A stretch of DNA of 64,000 nucleotides from an uncultured Gammaproteobacteria bacterium (GTDB lineage Bacteria > Patescibacteriota > Microgenomatia > UBA8517): assembly GCA_964568925.1 (NCBI GenBank), contig CAZMSJ010000003.1, forward strand, positions 7,452-71,451, in the 5' to 3' direction. This document shows positions 36,965 to 46,800 of this stretch, piece after piece. Made by a program: the position numbers and the translations under genes. The notes below the pieces were generated by a model. The model was given only the letters and a program-made list of their open reading frames with translations, was not told the origin of the DNA and ran no database searches. Each line of letters begins with the position of its first letter. Position 1 is the stretch's first letter.

Positions 36965-37999
36965 ATGTCAAACAAACGAGGAAAAGTTAAATTTAACGTC
37001 GATAAAGATGCTTTGAAGAAAGTAAATCTGGTTGCTGTCGCGTATTCATATATCGAACGTGATTGGTTCCCAACACAGGAAGCATATGACGCAGAGATCG
37101 AAGTCGAAGATCGTGCAGCAGAAGTTGTGCAAAAATTAATGGACTTAGGAATCCCAGCAAAAGGATATCCAGGAGATCAGTACTTTTTAACCCATCTTCT
37201 GGTTGATAAACCAACACTCGTTTTAAATTTAGTTGATACATTACGTGGTCGTGACAAATTGCAAACCTCAGTCCCAGCTGCTCTTGAGTTAACCAACATT
37301 CCATACACAGGAGCTGGAATGGAAGGTATGGTAATCGGCAACAACCGAAACCTTACCAAGAGACTTTTAATTTCTCACGACATTCCAACTCCACCATTCC
37401 AATTTATTCGACGTGTTGGTACACAAGTTGATCAGTCATTAGGACTACCACTCATTGTGAAACTCAATGAAAGTGGAGGAAGTGTTGGAATCGACAACAA
37501 GGCAGTTAAAGAAACATTTGAAGAAGCACAAGCTAAGGTTGATGAAATGATTTCAACATACAAGATTCCAGTCATTGTTGAAAAATTCATTGATGGTCCA
37601 GAAATTACCGTGTGTGTCTTTGATGATGGACTAAAAAACCACGTCTTTATGGCAGAGAAAGTATTCCGAATCATGCCAGATGGAAAACATTTCTTCACTT
37701 CCCTTGAGTCTTATGAAGATGCAAAGGCATATACCTTTAAACCTGTGGACGAGCCATTGCAGAGTAAAATCGCAACACTTGCAGTACGTGCGTTTAACGC
37801 ATTAAGTCACAAAGACTATGCAAAGTTTGATATCCGAGTGGACAAGGAGACACAAGTACCATACTTTACTGACTCAAACCCAAACACAGCATTTGGTCCT
37901 GATATGGGCCTTCCATTCACAGAAGTACTTGCAATGCACGGCATAAATTTTGATGATGTACTACTAAGTATGGTAAGTACCTATGCAAAAACAATCTAA
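36965..37999 (+). CDS. ATP-grasp amide ligase, D-Ala-D-Ala-ligase-like (cassette gene 1)
   Basis: ..LPLIVKLNESGGSVGI.., ..VIVEKFIDGPEITVCVF.., ..DIRVDKETQVPYFTDSNPNTAFG.. The N-terminus is unlike a canonical Ddl. Confidence 0.75.
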   Translation: MSNKRGKVKFNVDKDALKKVNLVAVAYSYIERDWFPTQEAYDAEIEVEDRAAEVVQKLMDLGIPAKGYPGDQYFLTHLLVDKPTLVLNLVDTLRGRDKLQTSVPAALELTNIPYTGAGMEGMVIGNNRNLTKRLLISHDIPTPPFQFIRRVGTQVDQSLGLPLIVKLNESGGSVGIDNKAVKETFEEAQAKVDEMISTYKIPVIVEKFIDGPEITVCVFDDGLKNHVFMAEKVFRIMPDGKHFFTSLESYEDAKAYTFKPVDEPLQSKIATLAVRAFNALSHKDYAKFDIRVDKETQVPYFTDSNPNTAFGPDMGLPFTEVLAMHGINFDDVLLSMVSTYAKTI

Positions 38000-38597
38000 C
38001 TACTTCCCGGAGTTAACGCGCGTGAGACAATTAACAAATGCCTACTGCGGACCTGCAGTACTTCAAATGCTTCTTTCCTTCTACAGTTTCTGGACAGCAC
38101 AGGGACACATTATTGATGCAGCACAAGTTTCACGAAGAATTGATGAACATGGTACAACCATCCCTGACCTTGCTCGAGCAATGACAATCCTTGCACCTCA
38201 TTTTTCATTCTGGTATAAAGACCATTCAATCATTGATGATTTGTATACGATCGTTGAAAAACATCATGTACCAGTTGGGGTCGAGTGGCAAGGAATATTT
38301 GGAGACGATTACAGTGTTGACTATGACGGCCATTATAGTATTGTGACTCATGTGGACTTGGAAGAAGGGTCACTGATGATTGCAGATCCATATCCAGATT
38401 TTGCAGGTCGCGACAGACGGTTTTCTATCGTTGAATTCAACAAGCGATGGTGGGACTACAACGAAATTGAAGATCATCAAACCGGTAAAACGGAATCAAT
38501 TCGAGATGAACGAATGATGTTTATCGTCGCAGAGCCTTCAGCCACATTTCCAGCAGAGCTGGGTATGAAATTGTGGGACAGCGCCCTCACGAGATAA
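37983..38597 (+). CDS. Papain-fold cysteine peptidase/transferase, C39-like/BtrH-like (cassette gene 2)
   Basis: ..QLTNAYCGPAVLQMLLSFY.. supplies a candidate Cys nucleophile and ..DYDGHYSIVTHVD.. a candidate His. The gene overlaps gene 1 by 17 nt. Confidence 0.6.
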   Translation: MQKQSNYFPELTRVRQLTNAYCGPAVLQMLLSFYSFWTAQGHIIDAAQVSRRIDEHGTTIPDLARAMTILAPHFSFWYKDHSIIDDLYTIVEKHHVPVGVEWQGIFGDDYSVDYDGHYSIVTHVDLEEGSLMIADPYPDFAGRDRRFSIVEFNKRWWDYNEIEDHQTGKTESIRDERMMFIVAEPSATFPAELGMKLWDSALTR

Positions 38598-38605
38598 TTT
38601 TTTTT

Positions 38606-39628
38606 ATGAAAGTTGCATATACATATAACGTACGAAGAACAACTCCTGAACTTGGAAAAGGTCACCAACCTGATCTTGAGTTTGATGATCCTGCAGTCAT
38701 TGATACGATTGCAAAGGCGATAGAGAAGTGTGGCCACACGGTCCTTCGAATTGAAGCTGATGATGAGGCGTTTACTAAACTTCAGAAACACAAAGACGAG
38801 ATTGATATTGTGTTTAACACCGCTGAGGGAATTCGTGGAGATGCTCGTGAATCACAAATTCCACTCTTTTGTGAAATGCTTGGTATTCCATACAGTCACT
38901 CAAACCCAACAACACACGCCATTACCTTAAACAAGCAATTTACCAAACAAATTTTGGCTCAAGCCGGAATTAACGTTCCACAATCAATCGTCATTAGAAG
39001 TAAAACTGATGTAGTACCTGAAACAATTGCGTTCCCTGTAATTGTGAAACCAAACAATGAAGGATCAAGTAAAGGAATCCTTGATAAGAGTGTTGTTGAA
39101 GACAAAAAGGATTTGGCAGAGAGAATTGTAGAGATATCAGAGAACTATTCAAAAGAAGTTTTAGTTGAAGAGTTTATTGATGGGCGAGAGTTTACCGTTG
39201 CAATTTTAGGAAACAAAAATCCACGAGTTCTCCCAATCATTGAACAAAAGTTTGACTTTCTCCCTCAAGGGATGCACCACATCGCAAGTTTTGAATTAAA
39301 GTGGGTCTATGAAGATGCACTTAAAAATCTTGAGGAGGCATATACCTGTCCAGCAAATCTAACTGAAGAGGAGAAAAGAATGATTGAAGACACAACCGTT
39401 GCTGTTTTTGGAGCATTAAACTGTGTTGACTGTTCACGGGTTGATTATCGAATGAACAGAGATGGTAAACTCTACTTTATTGAGATTAACTCTCTTCCGG
39501 GCTTAAACCCGGACCCAAAAATTATTAGTTATTTTAGACTTGCGGCATCAGCTGCTGGCATGTCATTTGATGAACTGATTGCTCAAATTTTGTCTGAAGC
39601 AATCTCACGATATCCTCATCTTTCATGA
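38606..39628 (+). CDS. ATP-grasp amide ligase, Ddl-like family (cassette gene 3)
   Basis: MKVAYTYN..., ..DIVFNTAEGIRGDARESQIPLFCEMLGIPYSHS.., ..FPVIVKPNNEGSSKGI.., ..VLVEEFIDGREFTVAILG.., ..YFIEINSLPGL.. The start is moved to ATG 38606. Confidence 0.8.
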   Translation: MKVAYTYNVRRTTPELGKGHQPDLEFDDPAVIDTIAKAIEKCGHTVLRIEADDEAFTKLQKHKDEIDIVFNTAEGIRGDARESQIPLFCEMLGIPYSHSNPTTHAITLNKQFTKQILAQAGINVPQSIVIRSKTDVVPETIAFPVIVKPNNEGSSKGILDKSVVEDKKDLAERIVEISENYSKEVLVEEFIDGREFTVAILGNKNPRVLPIIEQKFDFLPQGMHHIASFELKWVYEDALKNLEEAYTCPANLTEEEKRMIEDTTVAVFGALNCVDCSRVDYRMNRDGKLYFIEINSLPGLNPDPKIISYFRLAASAAGMSFDELIAQILSEAISRYPHLS

Positions 39629-40128
39629 AAACAAAAGTAATTGTTCATGACCTCATGCAAAACGGGTATGAGTATGTGCGAACAGAAGCCCCTGGAAAAA
39701 ATTTTGCACCTCACTTTAAACCGGACCTTACTCCAAAGGAAATGCTTGAACTTGGAGTATTTGGAGGAAAGTATATGACTGATTGTAAAAAGGAATTCCC
39801 AGATTGGTACAGCAAGGCTAAGCTCTGTCATGAGTTTCATGATGCAAACCTTAATTTTTTCAAAGTGAATGCAAGCCAACCACTCTCTGTGTGGAGAAAA
39901 AAAGGGTGGATATATAAAGACGACCCAAGAGGGTGGTTCCAATGGTATTGTCGGTACTACTCTGGCAGACGAATTCCGGGTGAAGATGAGAGACAAATTG
40001 CACGCTGGTCAGCTATGAAGAGACATATTATTCAGCTGAAAAACAATTGTAAAAAACATGACTTCACCTGTCGTCCAAGACAGAGACAAGCTCTTCTTCA
40101 CTGGGCATATGACTCAAGAAAGTACTAG
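39625..40128 (+). CDS. Conserved-looking protein of unknown function (cassette gene 4)
   Basis: ATGA overlap with gene 3. Distinctive Trp-rich segment ..KGWIYKDDPRGWFQWYCRYYSGRRIPGEDERQIARW.. I cannot assign a family. Confidence 0.6.
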   Translation: MKTKVIVHDLMQNGYEYVRTEAPGKNFAPHFKPDLTPKEMLELGVFGGKYMTDCKKEFPDWYSKAKLCHEFHDANLNFFKVNASQPLSVWRKKGWIYKDDPRGWFQWYCRYYSGRRIPGEDERQIARWSAMKRHIIQLKNNCKKHDFTCRPRQRQALLHWAYDSRKY

Positions 40129-40147
40129 TTGTGATATTCTGTAGGTA

Positions 40148-40282
40148 ATGAAAAAAATAACAACACTTCGAATCAAAAAGTATAAAAAATCTAATCCTAC
40201 AAAGGCAAAAATGATCTCAAGTGCAATTAAAAGAGGTATGAAGCAATATGCCGAAACCTTCAGACGACTCGCAAGTGCTTGA
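40148..40282 (+). CDS. Possible 44-aa highly basic micro-protein
   Basis: My own translation is MKKITTLRIKKYKKSNPTKAKMISSAIKRGMKQYAETFRRLASA. No clear SD. Its stop abuts the convergent helicase stop. Confidence 0.25.
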   Translation: MKKITTLRIKKYKKSNPTKAKMISSAIKRGMKQYAETFRRLASA

Positions 40283-41614
40283 TTACTTCTTCCCTCTAAT
40301 TGAACGAATATATTTTAATTGACGATCTTCCTTCTCACTATCAACAAGCTTATAGAGCTCTCCTTGGGCATCATCTGAGAGGGAATGGAATTCTTTATCC
40401 ATTTCAGAAACATCAGGGTTAACCATTAAGGCCATATTATTAATTCCTGTTAACTTCATTCCCTCAAGCGTTCGTACTCGAGAAAGGGCAACATATCCCA
40501 TCCCTGGAACAAATGACTTTGAAAGGTCAATAACTGCGGCATCTAAACTCATACCTTGGCTTTTGTGAATAGTAATTGCCCAAGCCAAGCGCAAAGGTAC
40601 TTGTTTCACTTCAGCTTTAATAACTCCTTCATCTTCAACTGCCCATGCTTCAGGTTTAGCTTGAATTTCACGACCATCAAGGGTGCGAACGATCGGGTAG
40701 TTTTCCAATCCAAAATCAATTACTTCACCAAGTGTGCCATTCACATACCCTTTGTCATAATTATTTTTAACAAACATAACAATGGCACCTTTTTTTAGTA
40801 CTAACTCTTCAGGGGCTAAACACGCTTTCTTCATGACATCAATCAGTTCCTTTTTCCCAGTTCCACTCATACGAAAGACATAAGAGTGTGTATCAATGTG
40901 AGTAAGCTCAGTTGCATTAATCGTGTCTACATCCACGTTATGTGTAAACAGTTTGGTAGGAACGGTCGTGTTATCAATATCTTTGTTGAGTCTACTCGTT
41001 AGGAGATCAATCGTATCCTCGGTTACTCGAGAATTTCGTATGTCATTTAAAACGGACAAGAAACTTCCATCAGCTTGTCTATATTGCTCATCTAAGTAGC
41101 AAACCTTTAAGTTCATATTGTTCCAAACCTCTGCCTCATAGGCAAACCCTCCTTTTTCCCCTGGACGGGTGATAGGGGGAAGCTGAAAAAAGTCACCACA
41201 CATAATGACCTGCAATCCTCCAAAAGGCTCATCTTTGAAGGTAAAGGCACGGCATACTTTATCAACCATATCGAGCCGATACCCATGAAGCATCGATATT
41301 TCATCGATAATTAAAACCTTGGCATAAATAAAGCGCATACGGAGGTGAACCTTCTCGAGAAGTGCTTTCAAATCCTTCTCATGTAAAACGTCTTTAATAC
41401 CAATGCCACTCCAGGAGTGAATGGTCATTCCATTTATGTGTGTAGCAGCGATCCCCGTTGATGCAGTTATACCGATCGCCACATTATGTTCCTTTAGGTA
41501 GGAGATGTACTGGTTTAAGACATATGTTTTTCCACTCCCAGCCGGTCCTGTCAAAAAGACATTGTTTCCCATCTTCAATATATCCAATGCTTGCTTTTGA
41601 TTCATGGTCTTCAT
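40283..41614 (-). CDS. Pif1/RecD-family SF1 DNA helicase
   Basis: Walker A LTGPAGSGKTYVL, ..VLIIDEISM.., ..GDFFQLPP.., ..ITIHKSQGMSLD.. The start is ATG 41614 or ATG 41605. Confidence 0.85.
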   Translation of the reverse strand: MKTMNQKQALDILKMGNNVFLTGPAGSGKTYVLNQYISYLKEHNVAIGITASTGIAATHINGMTIHSWSGIGIKDVLHEKDLKALLEKVHLRMRFIYAKVLIIDEISMLHGYRLDMVDKVCRAFTFKDEPFGGLQVIMCGDFFQLPPITRPGEKGGFAYEAEVWNNMNLKVCYLDEQYRQADGSFLSVLNDIRNSRVTEDTIDLLTSRLNKDIDNTTVPTKLFTHNVDVDTINATELTHIDTHSYVFRMSGTGKKELIDVMKKACLAPEELVLKKGAIVMFVKNNYDKGYVNGTLGEVIDFGLENYPIVRTLDGREIQAKPEAWAVEDEGVIKAEVKQVPLRLAWAITIHKSQGMSLDAAVIDLSKSFVPGMGYVALSRVRTLEGMKLTGINNMALMVNPDVSEMDKEFHSLSDDAQGELYKLVDSEKEDRQLKYIRSIRGKK

Positions 41615-41653
41615 TATACGGGGAGCAGGGCAAGAAAGTTTGAGCGAAATACA

Positions 41654-41788
41654 TTGACATTTTTTAGAAAAAATATACAGTAAAGGTATGTGTCATGGCG
41701 CTCAGAGAAAGCTTGAGCCCTTCATAACCAACAAGGGCAAGGTGGTTTTCGCCCCCTTTTTCACCTCAGCAACAGCTGGGCTTTTTTT
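41654..41788 (+). ncRNA. Candidate small structured transcript or leader (speculative)
   Basis: TTGACA (41654-41659) with a weak -10 (TACAGT, 41676-41681). Hairpins GCCCTT(41717-41722)/AAGGGC(41733-41738) and CTCAGC-AACA-GCTGGG (41765-41780), the latter followed by C and T7 (41782-41788). A separate promoter follows for the next gene. Confidence 0.25.
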
Positions 41789-41826
41789 ACACCAAATGGA
41801 TTTTTCTACGTTTGTGACTTGTAGTA

Positions 41827-41855
41827 TTGACAAACTGATTTATTAGGTATAAGAT
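41827..41855 (+). promoter_or_regulatory. Promoter for the 41886 gene
   Basis: TTGACA (41827-41832), a 17-nt spacer, then TAAGAT (41850-41855). Confidence 0.5.
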
Positions 41856-41885
41856 AAGTACCCATAGGTTATTATTATATGGTTT

Positions 41886-43763
41886 TTGCGAATCTTGCCC
41901 ACAGCAAGACTCACCAAAACCACATATATGTCTATGGAAAGAACTACATTATTTGAAGCAGCAGTTGTAGGAGGAGCAATCCTTCTCTCTTCTGCCCCAG
42001 AAGCTACTCCTCTCCGAGCGGCAGACTCATTACCCTCTGAAATTCCTGCTACAACCATTGTTACACCGCTTCCTGAAAGCTATCGTGACTTTACCCCAAG
42101 TATTAATTCTGCTGTAAACAGTCCAGAATTCCAAACTTCAGACCAAGACCCAGGATTTATCCTCTTTAATACCTATGACCAGAATGACCCAACGGCACAA
42201 GACAGACTCATTGCAGATTTAGGTGTTCAAAAAACATGGATCATTACTCATGGAATTCCAGCAGATGTTTTTGAACAGGGAATCATGAATCTTCCACTTG
42301 AATCACAAAAAACTAACTTTAACGTTCCAGTCAACCGTTTAGCAAAGGACTTTGGTGATGCAAAGGAAGGTAGCTTGTTAATTCCATATACCAGTACATC
42401 AGGGGAGAGTAAACTTGCTATTTTTGCTGATCCAGATGGACTTGGAGAAGATACCAAAATTGACATGCTTGGACTTGTTCCAAATGAAGGATCAGTAATA
42501 ACTGAACCAAAAGGACTCCCAGCACTCTTTAAGAGAGGTATCGATGGCCAGTACGTAGCCGTGAGTATATTTGCAGTTCCACAAGAGAGTGAAACAGGAA
42601 AAGAACTTGTTCCAACAGTGACAGGGACACCAGTGTATCAAGCTGAAGTTGCAACTGACAGCTTAAACCTTCGAGATGTACAAAACCCTACAACTGTCGT
42701 GAGACAGATTCCACGAAACTCAAAAATTATGGTTATTAGTGACAGAAAAATAACTGTTCCAGGCAAAAACGCAATCTTCCGCCAAGTATTCACCCAAGGT
42801 GGAATAGGATTAGCTGCGGAGAACCTTCTTAACATCAGCCCAATCATGGGATCTGCTGAATACAATAATCCAGTGAATCTCTATGCATCTGTGATTACTT
42901 CTGCAGAGACCATCACAACAAATGAAGGTATCCGCGTACAAAGTTCAGACATTATAGCTGAACAAATTTTGCCAGATGTACCGGTACGACCAATTGTTTT
43001 TGTACAAAGCACGGAAATGCAAAACCAACCTGACCAATTTAGAACGGGGAAAATGACGGTTAACAATGTACAAAACTTTTTACCTTTAAATGATGGTGAA
43101 AACCCGAAAAAGCCCAACTTTACGTTAGATGGTGTTGAGACAGTGCTCGATTCAAATCAAGCAATTGCGATATCCGTCGAACAATCATTTATGCGCATTG
43201 CAAAAGCAAATGGTCTTATACCAAAAGACACTACTTTTGAAGATTTTATGCGAAATTACCAGGACCTTCAAATACCAATCTTCGGAAAAGATGGTGTGAC
43301 AAATTCTTTTCAAGTAAATGCTCCAATTATCTTTAGATTCAGAGGTTTTGAAAGCACTAAGCCTCAAAAAGGGTTAGTAAATACAAGTAATGGCAGCTTT
43401 GAAAGAAGCCTCGGACCTAATGGAGAGCTTATTGTCGATATGTATTACACAAATGCGAAAAATAACACCCAATATATGAAATTTAATATTGAAGATACGC
43501 CAAATAGTGATGAGTGGTATTCAAATATGCTATTTGTGAACGCAATATTCTCCCTTGGAGATGGGGATTCATATGCAGATTTCATCTCTATGTTTGGCCA
43601 TTATTATGAAGGATATAGTAATATTTCAACGGCACCTGACTTAACTGAAATTTATAATCCTAACATTCAAGTGTATCCTAGCTTCCCATTAGGTGCGTGG
43701 GATTCGGACAGAAGCATGGAAGTGTATACCAACAAATACACACCTTTTTCCTTCAAGAGATAA
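41886..43763 (+). CDS. Large secreted hypothetical protein with an SH3b-like module
   Basis: Hydrophobic N-terminal segment (..TTLFEAAVVGGAILLSSAPEA..). SH3b-like segment ..AEVATDSLNLRDVQNPTTVVRQIPRNSKIMVISD.. The start is TTG 41886 or ATG 41926. Confidence 0.6.
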   Translation: MRILPTARLTKTTYMSMERTTLFEAAVVGGAILLSSAPEATPLRAADSLPSEIPATTIVTPLPESYRDFTPSINSAVNSPEFQTSDQDPGFILFNTYDQNDPTAQDRLIADLGVQKTWIITHGIPADVFEQGIMNLPLESQKTNFNVPVNRLAKDFGDAKEGSLLIPYTSTSGESKLAIFADPDGLGEDTKIDMLGLVPNEGSVITEPKGLPALFKRGIDGQYVAVSIFAVPQESETGKELVPTVTGTPVYQAEVATDSLNLRDVQNPTTVVRQIPRNSKIMVISDRKITVPGKNAIFRQVFTQGGIGLAAENLLNISPIMGSAEYNNPVNLYASVITSAETITTNEGIRVQSSDIIAEQILPDVPVRPIVFVQSTEMQNQPDQFRTGKMTVNNVQNFLPLNDGENPKKPNFTLDGVETVLDSNQAIAISVEQSFMRIAKANGLIPKDTTFEDFMRNYQDLQIPIFGKDGVTNSFQVNAPIIFRFRGFESTKPQKGLVNTSNGSFERSLGPNGELIVDMYYTNAKNNTQYMKFNIEDTPNSDEWYSNMLFVNAIFSLGDGDSYADFISMFGHYYEGYSNISTAPDLTEIYNPNIQVYPSFPLGAWDSDRSMEVYTNKYTPFSFKR

Positions 43764-43819
43764 TTTTTAGTAACTACGATCTTTACAATCTCATCTCAAA
43801 AGATTAACTTAGTAGTAGT

Positions 43820-46800
43820 ATGATTCAAAATATTGGAAGAAAGCTACTTGTTGTGCTTTTTGCTTTTATCATCATTGGACTAATAATTTTTTTAAGGGTA
43901 AGAACTACTACCACTCCAACACAGTATTTCTCAACGAAGGATAATCAGACCGTTGAAGTTGTAGGAACTACTTCAAATCATGTAATTGAACTTTCAAGTT
44001 CAGGTAACAGTCTTTTACAAGAGTTTCTTGATACTCAAGGATTTTGGAAAGAAGGGGCAATAAATTCACAAGTTTACTACGCACAATCGGGTCGTTTCCA
44101 AATAAAACACCTTCAAATAAACTTTGTAGATCAACCACAATCAAGTCTACTTTTTAAAGGAATCGAGGATTTAGGTTCTGTTGGTATCCAAATCGAGCCA
44201 GAGACTTTCACGGTGACTATAAACGTATATGCAACACAATACCTCTTAAGTACGGTAAAAGAACCTGGTCGCAGCACCCAAATATCATCTATGATCCTAA
44301 CTGGTATTTTTAGAACTATTCATCCTTTAGTAGGAGATTTGAAAAGTTCAAATGGCTTTGATATTGATACCTACATTCGTGATTTTGAAAAAGAGAACAA
44401 AACAATTGTTTCAGTTAAAAAGAAGACAGGTTTTTCATTCGTGAAATCGGTATATGCGGATGCTTGTAGTAATTACCACTACGACCTTGGTGCCGCACAA
44501 AGTGTGAAATCATGTACAGGAGGTGGAACTCCAGGAGCTTCATGCAATGTTGCTTCGGAATGTTCCGGCGGAACTTGTGACGCACGTTGGAAATGTGTTA
44601 CGACAAACCCAGGGGGAGGAAATTGTGTAATGGTTAGTGGAGGTCCAGGATTTCAAGCGTGTGCTCCAGGAAGTTTAGGAAACTGTGATAATGGCAATTG
44701 CCCTGCACAAGTAAGTACTGGAGGTGGAGCAACAAGAGTTTGTGGAAATGGAATTTGTGAAAGTGGAGAAACTACTGCTTCATGCCCAGCTGACTGTACT
44801 TCAACGGGTGGAAGTAGTGGTGGAGGAGGAAACACCTGTTCTGGCGCCTGTTTTGGCGGGATAAATAACTGTGGGGAGGTGGGCAGACAGCTAGCATCAG
44901 GTTCTTGCTCAAACGGGGAATTGTGTTGTGGATTCGGTCCCCCTGTAGGCGTTCCGTGCCGCATCTGGGATCATGTACCAGTAGATGTTGCAGTGGGACA
45001 GACAGTAATGGTTGGTTTTACTGGATTTGTTTACGGCGACATTTGGACGATGTCTACCGCAACTTTGACGAATCCTATTGTTGCAAATGTTTTTCCACTT
45101 TCTGAGAATCATTGTTGTAGCCCTATCTTTGGAGGAGCATCACAAAGGTTTTACATAACAGGATTAGTGCCAGGAAGTACCTGGATAACAAACAAATGGG
45201 ATATCAGTTCACCAGGGTCATGTCAAAATTCATTTTTAGTGAATGTCACAGCGAACACAGTTATTCCAACAATCACTTTAACCGCAAATGGCTCGTCTGG
45301 ACAGGTTACAGTTAATTCAGGTAGTAATGTAACGCTTAACTGGAGAGCTACAAATGTTGATAGCTGTACTGCATCAAATGACTGGTCTGGCGACAAGTTG
45401 GTTAACGGGACAGAAGTCCAAAACAATGTAACAACAAACAAACGATATACATTGACTTGTATAGGAGCGACTGGAACTGTTACTGCATCTGTAAACGTCA
45501 ACATAAACGGAGGACCGGCACTTCCATTAATTAACCTTAACATCAACAATTCACCCGCACAAATTGTCTATGTACCACAAAGCCCTAATACATGGCCATA
45601 TCTCTTTAACACTTGGTTTACTTGGACAACACAAAATGCAACGTCATGTGTTGGTGTTTCTCGACCACACAATTACCCATATCCACAACCAATTACATTA
45701 GGACCATGGCCAGGTTGGTATCTTTGGGATTGGACAAAGCCAATCAATCAGGCGTATTCGGCTGGAGCAGCAGTTGCGACATTAGCAACATCATTTTATG
45801 ACCTCACATGTACTGGTCCAGGGGGAACATCCACTGATACGATTCAAGTAGTTCCAGGTGGGATACCTGATGTCGTTGGTGATTGCCAAGTACCTCAACC
45901 TCAAGATCCACCAACTTCTGTTTGTGCACCAAGTCCAACAACAAATGGATCAATTACGTGGGAGTGGGCTCCTGTTGTTGGTGCCAACCAATATTCAGTT
46001 GTTATTCAAAACGTACCTGGATTTACGAATGTTCTTGGAACAGCAACAGGAGATAGACCAGCCGCATTTTTCAACTGCAATGCGACAACATGTAGATATA
46101 CAACAAGTTTGCCAGCTGGCACATACCGAAGTTCAATCATTGCAAGTAATACAGCCGACATTTGTTTGCCATCAAATGCAGGAACTTCAGCCCCATACAC
46201 TCTTGACCTTTGTCCAGTTGCTGCATGGTGGCAAGGGGGAGCAGGGAATATCTTGTCTGAAGGGTTAATTACATCTCAAGTCCCATACAGTACATTAAAC
46301 TTCATTGAAGATGGAACGAGTGGAATACCAGGTCTTGTATCAGGAACTGCTATTAACACAGGGAGTGGAGCAATTTCATCAACAGGATGGTCAACAAATA
46401 GTACCTTTGGCGGAACAATCCCAACGTACGATGACTTCTATGCACAAGTACCAGCAGGTACAACCTTTATTGATCCTGGAGCAAACATTGCACCGGCAAC
46501 ACTGCAATCAGGAGGAACAGCTGATGCGGCTGGATACCATTGGTACCGACATACTGGAGACGTAACAATTACTGGCGACGTTTTAATTCCATCTGCACGA
46601 AAAGATATCCTTTTTGTTGATGGGGGAGATGTAAACATTAATGGAAAAATTCAGTTTGCAAATCGAGCTAATAGTTTCTTTATGGTGATTACCAAACCGA
46701 CAGCAGGTGGACTTAAGGGTGACATTAAAGTTCGATCAACGGTAACAGCAGCTACAGGGACACCAGCACTTGAAGGAATGTTCTGTGGATCACACATGAC

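Noticed and set aside
41688-41846. 52-codon ORF (MCHGAQRKLEPF...) in the helicase/surface-protein gap
   Set aside because: It has no SD, crosses a terminator hairpin and the next promoter, and has an implausible composition. The region is treated as a possible RNA element instead.
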